A DNA stretch of 64,000 bases. It comes from a virus. Lineage: Duplodnaviria > Caudoviricetes. The stretch is from positions 1,040 through 65,039 of the IMG/VR virus record IMGVR_UViG_3300046004_002544, one strand, 5' to 3'. Positions 54,399 through 63,178 of the stretch are shown in pieces. The notes under the pieces were generated by a model. It saw only the letters and a list, made by a program, of their open reading frames with translations, was not told the origin of the DNA and did not search any database. Made by a program: the position numbers and the translations under genes. Within the stretch, counting starts at the first letter, position 1. Every line of letters begins with the position of its first letter.

Positions 54399-54572
54399 CT
54401 AGGCGACGTGGATGTTGATCTTTTCGAAGGGGAAATCTTGCCCCGGGTAGGCCTTTTCAAGGGCGGCCTTGGCGCTGTCGTATTGAGCGAGCAGGCTGGT
54501 GGCCCACGAGTCAAAAGTCGTCTCAAAGTGCTCGCCCGAGGGGGCGGTGTAAGTGGCAGTGACGCGGTTCAT
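54399..54572 (-). CDS. Small hypothetical protein (57 aa, first gene after P6)
   Basis: MNRVTATYTAPSGEHFETTF... right after the conserved leader. Confidence 0.6.
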   Translation of the reverse strand: MNRVTATYTAPSGEHFETTFDSWATSLLAQYDSAKAALEKAYPGQDFPFEKINIHVA

Positions 54573-54650
54573 AGGGTCTCTCCGTTTTTGACTTTCCCAG
54601 TATGCGCCTGCGTCCCAGGATCGTAAACAGAAAAAACGCGGCCAAGGCCA
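54573..54650 (-). promoter_or_regulatory. Conserved phage promoter P6 with leader
   Basis: Minus strand: GGCCTTGGCCGCGTTTTTTCTG-TTTACG-N17-CATACT-GGGAAAGTCAAAAACGGAGAGACCCT-ATG. Confidence 0.8.
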
Positions 54651-54723
54651 CTTTAGGAACGACGGCCCGCACTGGCTACTCGCGCGCGTACCCTCGGCTC
54701 CATCCTATCCATCGGAGGCCGCC

Positions 54724-56319
54724 TTGGCACGGTACGAGAACAGCGACAGCGGCAAGCCCGGGAAGCCCTACCAGGCGCAGGCCGTAGACGACGCGGTGGC
54801 CAAGCCCTCCCCTGTCCACGACGCCATGTGCAAGCGCTGGGCGGTCATCCGCACCGTGCTCGGTGGAACCGAGGCCATGCGGGACGCGGGCAAAGACATG
54901 CTGCCCATGCATCCCTATGAGAGTGAGGATGCCTGGAAGAGCCGCCGCGACGGCGCGGTCCTCGACAACTACACCAGGCGCACCCTGGACACACTCGTGG
55001 GCAAAGCCTTCCGCGAGCCGCCGGCTCCAGGCGACGACGTCCCGGAGGTCCTGCTCACCTTCCTTGAGGACGTCGACGGTGAGGGCACCGGCTTCGCGAC
55101 CTTCTCACGCGGGTATTTCCGCAGCGGCGTGCGGGACGCGGTGGCCTACCTCCTGGTCGACCACACGGCCGCCCAACCCCGTGAAGATGGCCAGCCCCGC
55201 ACCAAGGCGGATGACGCCAGGGACGGTCTGAGGCCCTTCTGGCGCGTGATCGACGGGGTCGACATGATCGGCCCACCCCAGATGGTCATGCAAGGTGGGC
55301 AACTCCGGCCTGTGCTCGTCCGCTTCCGCGATGACGAGCTGCAGCCCGATGGCGACTTCGGCGAGAAGCTGGTCGAGCGTGTCAAGGTCCTGCGCCCTGG
55401 CTCCTGGGAGGTCTGGGAGAAGCAGGCGGGCACCAAGGGCGCCAAGCCCAAGTGGGTCCTGGCCGATGGTGGGTCCACCTCCCTGGACTTCATCCCCCTC
55501 ATCCAGTTCTACACCGACAAGGAGGGCATCGGCGAAGGCCGGCCGCCGCTCCTCGACCTGGCTCACATGAACGTGCGCCACTGGGTCTCGACGGCTGACC
55601 AGAACAACATTCTCACGGTCTCCCGCTTCCCCATGCTCGCCGTGTCCGGCGTGCAGAGCGACGAGAACGGGACGGGCGCCGGCCAGATCGTCATCGGTCC
55701 GCGCAAGCTGCTCACCACCGCCGACCCGCAGGCGAAAATCTACTTCGTCGAGCACACCGGCTCCGCGGTCAACTCCGGCAAGGACGACCTCGAGCGGCTC
55801 GAGGAGCGGATGAGCTCCTACGGCGCCGAGTTCCTGACCAAGAAGACCGGGACGCAGTCGGCGACCGGTCGCGCCCTGGACGGCGCCGAGGCCATCAGCC
55901 AGCTGCAGGCCTGGGGCCTTGACTTCAAGGACGCCCTCGAGTTGGCCCTCAAGTACACGGGCATCTATCTCGGCCTCAAAGGCGAGAATGAAGCCGGCAC
56001 AATCGAGTTCGAGGTCGACCAGGACGTGGACGTGTCCGAGCCCGCTGAGCTGGGCTCGCTGGACGCGGCCCGCACCCGCAAGGACATCAGCCGCAAGGCC
56101 TGGGCCGCGGAGATGAAGCGCCGCGGCATCCTCTCCGAGGAGTACGACGTCGACGACGACCAGGAAGAGATCGACCAGGAGGCTCCGCCTCCGGGCACGG
56201 GTCTCGACGGCATGGTCGGTCCCGATGGGACTGTACAGGAGAAGCCACTGGCGGCTGAGGGTGACCCGGCCAAGAAGCCAAAGACGAAGCCGGGCGCCGA
56301 GAAGCCGCCCAAGGAGTGA
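54724..56319 (+). CDS. Portal protein (DUF4055-like)
   Basis: 'GGTEAMRDAG...LP', 'PPLLDLAHMNVRHW...D'. Lies between terL and the MuF gene. Confidence 0.88.
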   Translation: MARYENSDSGKPGKPYQAQAVDDAVAKPSPVHDAMCKRWAVIRTVLGGTEAMRDAGKDMLPMHPYESEDAWKSRRDGAVLDNYTRRTLDTLVGKAFREPPAPGDDVPEVLLTFLEDVDGEGTGFATFSRGYFRSGVRDAVAYLLVDHTAAQPREDGQPRTKADDARDGLRPFWRVIDGVDMIGPPQMVMQGGQLRPVLVRFRDDELQPDGDFGEKLVERVKVLRPGSWEVWEKQAGTKGAKPKWVLADGGSTSLDFIPLIQFYTDKEGIGEGRPPLLDLAHMNVRHWVSTADQNNILTVSRFPMLAVSGVQSDENGTGAGQIVIGPRKLLTTADPQAKIYFVEHTGSAVNSGKDDLERLEERMSSYGAEFLTKKTGTQSATGRALDGAEAISQLQAWGLDFKDALELALKYTGIYLGLKGENEAGTIEFEVDQDVDVSEPAELGSLDAARTRKDISRKAWAAEMKRRGILSEEYDVDDDQEEIDQEAPPPGTGLDGMVGPDGTVQEKPLAAEGDPAKKPKTKPGAEKPPKE

Positions 56320-56327
56320 GGCGGTAG

Positions 56328-59300
56328 ATGGCAACGGCCAACCAGAAGCTCTACGAGGCGGCTCTCCGCCACCAGGTCCACCTGCTGCGCTTCTCGGAGG
56401 GTCAGGCTGACAGTGTGCTCAGGCTCCTCGCCGAGACCGAGCTGGACCTCCTGGAGCGGATCACGGGCGCCTTCGCAGCCGGCAAGGACGCCTCGAGGCT
56501 CGAGAGCATCCTGGCCTCCGTACTCAAGCGCCGCGCCCAGGTCTACCAGGCGATCGGCAAGGAGCTGACCGAGCAGCTGAAGGGCCTCGCTGAGGCCGAA
56601 GCTGCCTGGGAGGCTGCAGCCCTGACTGGCTCCGTGCCGATCAAGCTGAACCTGGCGTCCGTTCCCCTCGAGTCAGTACTGGCTGCCGCCGGCACCCCCA
56701 TAAACGGGGTGCCGCTGGAGGGCTGGCTCAACAACATCGGGTCCTCTGAGGCCACTCGCCTGCAGCAGGTCGTCTCCCTGGCGATTGTCCAAGGTCAGAC
56801 CATCGACCAGCTGGCGTCGGCGATCCGAGGCACCGCGAAGGCGAACTTCGAGGATGGCATCCTGGCGGTGTCCCGCAGGAACGCCCAGGCGCTCGCCCGC
56901 ACAGCGGTGAGCCACGTGTCAAACCAGGCCCGTGAGAGTGTCTGGAACGCCAACAAGGACATCGTGAGAGCCCTGCGGTGGACGTCAACCCTGGACGGCC
57001 GCACCTCCAGCATCTGCCAGGCGCGCGATGGCCACCTGACCCCCGTCGGCGACTCGATCCTCCCGCCGTCGGAGCAGCCCCTGTCGCCTGCGGGCGCCCG
57101 CCCGCCGGCGCACTTCCAGTGCCGATCGGTCATGGTCGCTGTGCTCGATGGCGTCGCCATCGCGGGCGACCGGCCCTTCGTGGCCGATGAGCGCACCCGC
57201 GCCAAGCGGGAGAGCGCCTTCCGCGAGGAAGCCAAGAAGCGCGGCGTTCCAATCCAGCAGGTCCGCAAGGAGTGGGCCGACAAGAACGTGGGCCAGGTGC
57301 CCTCGAGCACGTCCTACTCCGAGTGGATGAAGGGCCAGCCGAAGGCCTTCCAGGATGAGGTCCTGGGCAAGGCCCGCGCCGACCTGTTCCGCAGCGGGCT
57401 CCCGCTCGAGCGGTTCGTCGACGCGTCGGGTCGGAAGCTGACGCTCGAGCAGCTCCGCGCCGAGCTGGCCGGCGACGCTCTGAACGTCCTGCAACCTGCC
57501 GTCGGGCTGAAGGCCAAGGGCCTGCTCATGGCCGGCGCTGCGCCCGAGGACATCATCAAGGCCCTCAAGGCTGAGTTCCCCGACGCCAAGACGTCCCTGG
57601 CGTCGCTGGCCACCTACAAGTCCGAGCTCAAGAAGGCCGGCCTGCTGCCCGATCCGGGGCAGTCCATGAACCTGATCCAGATGCAGAACGTGCCTGGGTA
57701 CAGCACGGCCTACGCCATGGAGGCCCTGGAGAAGACCCTGCCCAAGGGCATCACCTCGGCGATCGGGGGCAAGTGGGGCCAGGTCGTCGGTGACCTCCAG
57801 GGCCACCCTGGCGCGTATGCCCACTACAAGCCGGGCATCGGTGTCCAGCTGTCCGACGCCAAGATCAAGACCCTGTCGCCTCTGCAGGCGCAGCAGGTCA
57901 TGGCCCACGAGCTGTCCCACCTCCTGCACAAGGAGCATGACCTCGTCCTCGGAGCCGAGGACATGCAGGCCATGTGGGCGAAGGCGAAGGCCATGCCGCC
58001 CGAGCTGAAGAAGCTGTATGGCTACTACCTGGCGCACCCGGACGAGCTGTGGGCTGAGGTGCTCGGCCAGGCGCTCAAGCCCGGCCCGCTGACTTCCCAG
58101 GGCATCGACGCCAAGGCCTTCAAGAGCTTCTTCGCTGCCTACATCGAAGAAGCCCAGATCGTGGCCAAGGCCAAGTTCCCTGACGCCCCGCCCTACATGC
58201 CTGGCGCCCCGGGAGGCGTCATCCCAGGCATGGGTGAGATGGCCGGCAAGCCGACGTCGATCGGCGCCTTTGCCAAGGCGCTCCTCAAGCAGGGCATGTC
58301 GGACGACCTGGTCCTGGCCGCCGTCAAGGCGGAGTTCCCAGAGGCCAAGACAGGCATCAACTCCATCAAGAGCTACAAGTCCGAGCTCAAGAAGGCCGAG
58401 GCCCTGGCTATCGGTAAGCCTGGCCCGGTCGTGCATGCGGTCGTGGACGCCGAAGTGCCGGCGCCGTCCGTTGTGGCGCCCCCGCCAGCTGCCCCGGTCC
58501 TGGCGGACTACGCCAAGATGAGCGTGGTGGACCTGGTCGACAAGCTCCTGGCTGGTCCGGGCCTGGTCGGCCTGGGGCCGATGAAAATCACGGGCAGTAT
58601 CACTGCCTCGAAGGCCATCAAGAAGGCCGCGGCGGTGCTCTTCAAGGCAGGCTTGAAGACCGAGACGGTCGAGCAGGCTTTGGCCCTGAAGTTCAAAGGC
58701 ACGCCGGCTGCACCGTATGTCCCGAAGAAGAACAGCCTGGCGTCGCTGAAGTCCGCGCTCAAGAAGGACGGGCTATTCCTGGACAGCAATCCCCTCGAGC
58801 CCCTGAAGGCCACCGACCTGGGCTACACGCAGATGCTGCCTGAGCCGAAGCTGTGGGGCAAGCCGCTCGGTCCCTTCGCCACGCAGGCTGTCGCCAAGGC
58901 GGAAAGCATCATCTTCCAGGGTGGCAACTGGGATGAGGTCGAAGGCGCCCTCAAGCTCATGCAGTTCGGCACCGGTGCTTGGAACCCCGAGGGCGGCAAA
59001 GACCTGTTCGACCTCGCCTGGTACAAGGTGAAGACCGGCAAGGCCGTTAAGCCTGGCGTGACCGCCGCGCACAAACAGGCGTTCTCCTACGAGGCGCCCA
59101 AGCCGTTGCGCCTGGCGACTACCCCGCGCGAAGGCCAGCCGCCGCCGCCCAGGTTCAGCGAGACCGACCGCAACGGGGCCATTCGTGTGATGACCCAGGA
59201 GTCGGGAATGGACACTCGCGGGCTGGCGCCTTTGAACGCCAAGCAGTCCGCCGCGGGTCTCGAGCAGCTGACTGCCGAGGAGTACTCGGCCATCCGCATG

Positions 59301-59717
59301 TACACCGGGGGCCATTATGGCAACCTGAATAGGCGCCTGCGTGGTGGAGAGTTTGCAAACAACCCGCACCTTCAGGCGTACGTCGACGCCGCCTTGCACG
59401 GGCTGAGGAAGATGCCCAAGCACGTGGGCTGGGTCAACCGAGGCATGAGCATCTACGGTGACGACATCGCCAAGCTCCGCGCCAGGTATGTCCCTGGCGC
59501 AATCGTGGAAGAGCACGCGTTCATCTCCACGTCAACGGCAAGCGGCTTCAGTGGCAACGTGCGACTGCGCATCCTGTCCAAAACGGGGGTAGACGTTGCC
59601 CCCTATAGCCGGCACTCTAGCGAGATGGAAGTCCTCCTCGGCCCTGGCACGCGACTTCGCGTGACGAGTGTTGAAGGCACCGGCGACCGCATGACAATCA
59701 CGATGGAGGAGGTCTAG
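56328..59717 (+). CDS. MuF-type head morphogenesis protein fused to 3 EFPEAKT domains, a zincin motif and a C-terminal ADP-ribosyltransferase
   Basis: MuF 'ALARTA...WTSTLDGRTSSICQARDG...PPAHFQCRS'. Zincin 'HELSH...ELWAE'. ART 'AIRMYTG..Y..LN..LR', 'NRG', 'FISTS', 'EMEVLL'. Confidence 0.88.
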   Translation: MATANQKLYEAALRHQVHLLRFSEGQADSVLRLLAETELDLLERITGAFAAGKDASRLESILASVLKRRAQVYQAIGKELTEQLKGLAEAEAAWEAAALTGSVPIKLNLASVPLESVLAAAGTPINGVPLEGWLNNIGSSEATRLQQVVSLAIVQGQTIDQLASAIRGTAKANFEDGILAVSRRNAQALARTAVSHVSNQARESVWNANKDIVRALRWTSTLDGRTSSICQARDGHLTPVGDSILPPSEQPLSPAGARPPAHFQCRSVMVAVLDGVAIAGDRPFVADERTRAKRESAFREEAKKRGVPIQQVRKEWADKNVGQVPSSTSYSEWMKGQPKAFQDEVLGKARADLFRSGLPLERFVDASGRKLTLEQLRAELAGDALNVLQPAVGLKAKGLLMAGAAPEDIIKALKAEFPDAKTSLASLATYKSELKKAGLLPDPGQSMNLIQMQNVPGYSTAYAMEALEKTLPKGITSAIGGKWGQVVGDLQGHPGAYAHYKPGIGVQLSDAKIKTLSPLQAQQVMAHELSHLLHKEHDLVLGAEDMQAMWAKAKAMPPELKKLYGYYLAHPDELWAEVLGQALKPGPLTSQGIDAKAFKSFFAAYIEEAQIVAKAKFPDAPPYMPGAPGGVIPGMGEMAGKPTSIGAFAKALLKQGMSDDLVLAAVKAEFPEAKTGINSIKSYKSELKKAEALAIGKPGPVVHAVVDAEVPAPSVVAPPPAAPVLADYAKMSVVDLVDKLLAGPGLVGLGPMKITGSITASKAIKKAAAVLFKAGLKTETVEQALALKFKGTPAAPYVPKKNSLASLKSALKKDGLFLDSNPLEPLKATDLGYTQMLPEPKLWGKPLGPFATQAVAKAESIIFQGGNWDEVEGALKLMQFGTGAWNPEGGKDLFDLAWYKVKTGKAVKPGVTAAHKQAFSYEAPKPLRLATTPREGQPPPPRFSETDRNGAIRVMTQESGMDTRGLAPLNAKQSAAGLEQLTAEEYSAIRMYTGGHYGNLNRRLRGGEFANNPHLQAYVDAALHGLRKMPKHVGWVNRGMSIYGDDIAKLRARYVPGAIVEEHAFISTSTASGFSGNVRLRILSKTGVDVAPYSRHSSEMEVLLGPGTRLRVTSVEGTGDRMTITMEEV

Positions 59718-60001
59718 TGCCCCCGGAGTTTGAAGACAGGGACGTGACGTCGGACGGCTGGGCCGAGAAGACGAACTTCCTCCCGGGCATTGACCTGGAT
59801 CAGCCAGGCCCCGAGCTGCGCTACCAGCTGCTCCAGGGCAAGGTCTTCACCCTGCAGCTCTTCCCCTCAGGGGCTGTAGCGCGGGGCGAGATCGCTCCGA
59901 AGGAGCTCGCGGCGCTGATCCAAACCGATCCGACCGAAGACGGTTGGTACCACCCCGACGGCAGGTTCCTGGGCGATGAGCCTGGGCTGTCGATCGACTG
60001 A
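59717..60001 (+). CDS. Small acidic protein, candidate immunity protein for the ART
   Basis: 94 aa, start overlaps the ART stop (TAGTG). Confidence 0.5.
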   Translation: MPPEFEDRDVTSDGWAEKTNFLPGIDLDQPGPELRYQLLQGKVFTLQLFPSGAVARGEIAPKELAALIQTDPTEDGWYHPDGRFLGDEPGLSID

Positions 60002-60082
60002 ACACCATACAGGGCCGAACGCGCGACGCCAAGGCCAGCCTAAGGGACCCGTGATGGGCCCTAGAATGTGAGACGCAACGAC

Positions 60083-60874
60083 ATGGAATGGGACTTCACG
60101 ACCAACGGCGAGATCGACGCCGACACCTACGCCAAGGCGCCTGAAAAGCTGCGTGGCGCCTACGAGGAGCGTGACGGCAAGTACGTCATTTCCGAAACCG
60201 CCCGCGGCCTGGTGGAGTCCATCACCGGCCTGTCCGGCGCCCTGAAGAATGAGCGCAAGGTCACCGGCACGCTGCGCGGCCAGAAGGACGCCACGGCGGT
60301 CTTCCAGGAGCTGTTCGGCGACGACGTGACCGACGCCGAGACCGCCAAGGCCAAGGCCAAGGAGCTCCGCGACGCCGCGGCCGCCAACGCCAAGGTCGAC
60401 CCGGCCAAGATCAAGGCTGACATCGAGCGGACCTTCGCGACCGAACGCGAAGAGCTGAACGGCAAGGTCGGCAAGATGGAGGGCACGCTCTCCAAGCACC
60501 TTGTCGACAACGCCGCCGTGCAGGCGCTGGCCGCCGCCAAGGGGTCGACCACGCTCCTGCTCCCGCACATCCGGAACAGCGTGAAGGTCGTGGCCGACGG
60601 CGACGACTACGTGGTCCGCGTGCTGGACTCGCAGGGCGACTACCGTGGTGACGGCAAGGGCGGCTTCATGAGCGTCGAGGACCTCGTCGCCGAGCTCAAG
60701 AACTCCAAGGAGTTCGCGCCGGCGTTCGAGAGCGACGGCATGTCGGGCAGCGAGACCCGCACGGGCGTTCGCCCGGGCGAGACCCGCCGTGGGCCCCCGG
60801 GGCAGACGAAGCGCGACGACATGAGCCCCACGCAGATGCTGCAGGCGGGCCTCGAGGCACGTCGCCGCCGCTAA
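60083..60874 (+). CDS. Capsid scaffolding protein
   Basis: Coiled-coil and charged, 'GLSGALKNER...APAFE...SGS', upstream of the capsid gene. Alternative GTG start at 60068. Confidence 0.75.
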   Translation: MEWDFTTNGEIDADTYAKAPEKLRGAYEERDGKYVISETARGLVESITGLSGALKNERKVTGTLRGQKDATAVFQELFGDDVTDAETAKAKAKELRDAAAANAKVDPAKIKADIERTFATEREELNGKVGKMEGTLSKHLVDNAAVQALAAAKGSTTLLLPHIRNSVKVVADGDDYVVRVLDSQGDYRGDGKGGFMSVEDLVAELKNSKEFAPAFESDGMSGSETRTGVRPGETRRGPPGQTKRDDMSPTQMLQAGLEARRRR

Positions 60875-60900
60875 GGCGCGGGCCTACAAGCCAGAACGGA

Positions 60901-60932
60901 AAAGGGGCGGTCCTTGCGGGCCGCCCCTTCTT
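60901..60932. terminator. Bidirectional terminator
   Basis: AAAGGGGCGGTCC-TTGC-GGGCCGCCCCTTCTT between convergent genes. Confidence 0.75.
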
Positions 60933-60936
60933 CGTA

Positions 60937-61134
60937 TCAAAACTGCCTCAGCAGTCGGTCCGCCCTCGAGGGGTGGCCCGTGACGCTTTCGCGCCGTTCT
61001 CGAGGCGGTGGCGGCACGAGACGCCTCATGGGCGTCGTGGGGTCACCAAGCTGGAACAGCGCATTGGTCGGCTGATAGGCCGGCGTGGGGCGAACGGCGC
61101 GGGCGCCGTTGCCAAAGTACTCTGTCTTTGCCAT
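60937..61134 (-). CDS. Small basic hypothetical protein (antisense cassette)
   Basis: 65-aa ORF downstream of P7. Weak RBS. Confidence 0.35.
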   Translation of the reverse strand: MAKTEYFGNGARAVRPTPAYQPTNALFQLGDPTTPMRRLVPPPPRERRESVTGHPSRADRLLRQF

Positions 61135-61169
61135 AAAGGCTTGCCCTTTTGAAAAAGGGCAGTGGGCTA

Positions 61170-61319
61170 CTAGCCCACCGCCCGGTCAATTTCCTCAATC
61201 AGCTCTGCAACGGATTTTTGCCCGTAGGCAATGTCCAGCAGGATATTCATGAGCTCCTGGCGGCTGAAGTCCAAAAGAACTTCAACAGCGTTGAAACGAT
61301 CGGCGTTGGGACGGTCCAT
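61170..61319 (-). CDS. Small hypothetical protein (49 aa, first gene after P7)
   Basis: MDRPNADRFNAVEVLLDF... right after the conserved leader. Confidence 0.6.
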   Translation of the reverse strand: MDRPNADRFNAVEVLLDFSRQELMNILLDIAYGQKSVAELIEEIDRAVG

Positions 61320-61396
61320 AGGGTCTCTCCGTTTTTGACCTTCCCAGTATGTGCCCGCGCTCCAGGGTCGTAAACAGGGAAAACACGGCCAAGGCC
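61320..61396 (-). promoter_or_regulatory. Conserved phage promoter P7 with leader
   Basis: Minus strand: GGCCTTGGCCGTGTTTTCCCTG-TTTACG-N17-CATACT-GGGAAGGTCAAAAACGGAGAGACCCT-ATG. Confidence 0.8.
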
Positions 61397-61577
61397 ATTT
61401 TCTTTAGCGCCCGCGAGCGCTGGCTCCCCCGCATGGGACCCCACGGCATGGATGCTCTCGACAGTTGCTGAGGCTCGAGCGTGATGCGAGAGGCCAGTCA
61501 GCAGCTCGACGGCTCCTGGGACGCGCGACGCCGACCTGGCCTTCTCCCCACGTCATCGCAACCACCAGGAGGGCCCA

Positions 61578-62498
61578 ATGGCCTCAGTTACCCTCGCGGA
61601 GTCGGCCAAGCTGTCGCAGGACATGCTCATCGCCGGCGTCATCGCGAACGTCATCACCGTCAACCAGATGTACGAGATGATCCCCTTCGACGGGATCACC
61701 GGCAACTCGCTCGCCTACAACCGCGAGAACGTCCTCGGCGATACCCAGGTCCTGGGCGTCGGCGGCACGATCACCGCCAAGGCCGCCGCGACCTTCACGA
61801 AGGTCAACAGCGACCTGACCACGATCATCGGCGACGCCGAGGTCAACGGCCTGATCCAGGCGACCCGCTCGAACGTCGTGAGCCAGGAGGCCACCCAGGT
61901 CGCCTCCAAGGCGAAGTCGGCCGGCCGGCAGTTCCAGGACATGTTCGTCAACGGCACCGGCGCCAGCGACCAGTTCCCCGGGCTGATCCAGCTCTGCCCG
62001 GCTGGCCAGACCCTGTCCGGCCAGCCGACCGACGGTGAGGCCCTGAGCTTCACCCGGATGGACGAGCTGCTCGACCGGGTTATCGCCAAGGACGGCCAGG
62101 TCGACTTCCTGATGTTCAACAGCCGCACGCTCCGGTCCTACAAGGCCCTGGTGCGCGGCCTGGGCGGCATCACGGCGGACGACGTCTACGAGATGCCGTC
62201 GGGCCGGAAGATTATCGCCTACTCGGGCGTCCCGATCTTCCGGAACGACTGGGTCCCGATCAACCAGACCAAGGGCTCGACCACGACCGCGACGACCATC
62301 TTCGCGGGCTGCTGGGATGACGGCTCCCAGAAGGTCGGCATCACCGGCATCACTGCCGAGGAGAGCGCCGGCCTGGTGGTCGAGGACGTCGGCATCAGCC
62401 AGACCAAGGACGAGCGGATCACGCGCGTCAAGTGGTACGTCGGCATGGCCCTCTTCTCGGAGAAGGCCCTGGCGATGGCTCCGGGCATCACCAACTAG
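61578..62498 (+). CDS. Major capsid protein (HK97 fold)
   Basis: 306 aa with RBS AGGAGG and extreme codon bias. 'VTLAESAKL...PFDGITGNSLAYNRE...GVPIFRNDW...RVKWY'. Confidence 0.92.
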   Translation: MASVTLAESAKLSQDMLIAGVIANVITVNQMYEMIPFDGITGNSLAYNRENVLGDTQVLGVGGTITAKAAATFTKVNSDLTTIIGDAEVNGLIQATRSNVVSQEATQVASKAKSAGRQFQDMFVNGTGASDQFPGLIQLCPAGQTLSGQPTDGEALSFTRMDELLDRVIAKDGQVDFLMFNSRTLRSYKALVRGLGGITADDVYEMPSGRKIIAYSGVPIFRNDWVPINQTKGSTTTATTIFAGCWDDGSQKVGITGITAEESAGLVVEDVGISQTKDERITRVKWYVGMALFSEKALAMAPGITN

Positions 62499-62594
62499 GG
62501 TCATCAACGGCCCTGCGTTCTAGGCGCCGGCCGTCCCACCCCGGGGCGGCCGGCGTTTCTACATCCCTCCAGGCTCTAAAGGAGCACCGTCCAC

Positions 62595-63155
62595 ATGGCT
62601 CGCAAGCCCTACATCCTCCGCCGCCCGGCCACCAAGGCCCTGAACAACGTGACTGCCCTGGCCGTCTTCGCCGAGGACGCCGCGCAGGCCAAGGCGATCG
62701 CCAACGACTACGCCCCGCAGGACGTCCTCGACGCCTGGTCGAACGTCACCCCGGTCGAGATCACCTCGGCCGTCAACACCTGGGTCGGCTGGACGTTCAA
62801 CGCCCGCGTCCGCGCCGTGACGACCGGCGCCATCATCGCCGACGTCGCCGTGACCGCCGACGCCACGACTGACACGATCGACGAGATCGGTGCGGCCCTG
62901 GTCACCGCTCTGAACGCCACGACCATCAACAACGCCTCGTACGCCTCGAACGTCCTGACGCTCGCGGCGATCGCGGATGACATCGGCACTGCCACCGTCG
63001 AGGTGTCCGCCACCGGCCCGGGCGGTCGCGTCATCCCGGGTATCTGGGGCGCGGTTGTGCACCAGGGTATCGCCGGCGCCGCCCTCACCGCGGCCATGCC
63101 GGCCGACGCCGACATCGCCCCGGTCGTCGTGGCCGTGAGCGACGGCAGCTTCTAA
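62595..63155 (+). CDS. Putative capsid decoration / virion protein
   Basis: Ala/Thr-rich 186 aa after the capsid gene, highly biased codons. Confidence 0.6.
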   Translation: MARKPYILRRPATKALNNVTALAVFAEDAAQAKAIANDYAPQDVLDAWSNVTPVEITSAVNTWVGWTFNARVRAVTTGAIIADVAVTADATTDTIDEIGAALVTALNATTINNASYASNVLTLAAIADDIGTATVEVSATGPGGRVIPGIWGAVVHQGIAGAALTAAMPADADIAPVVVAVSDGSF

Positions 63156-63178
63156 GCCAAGCTGCCACTTAGCCAGTT

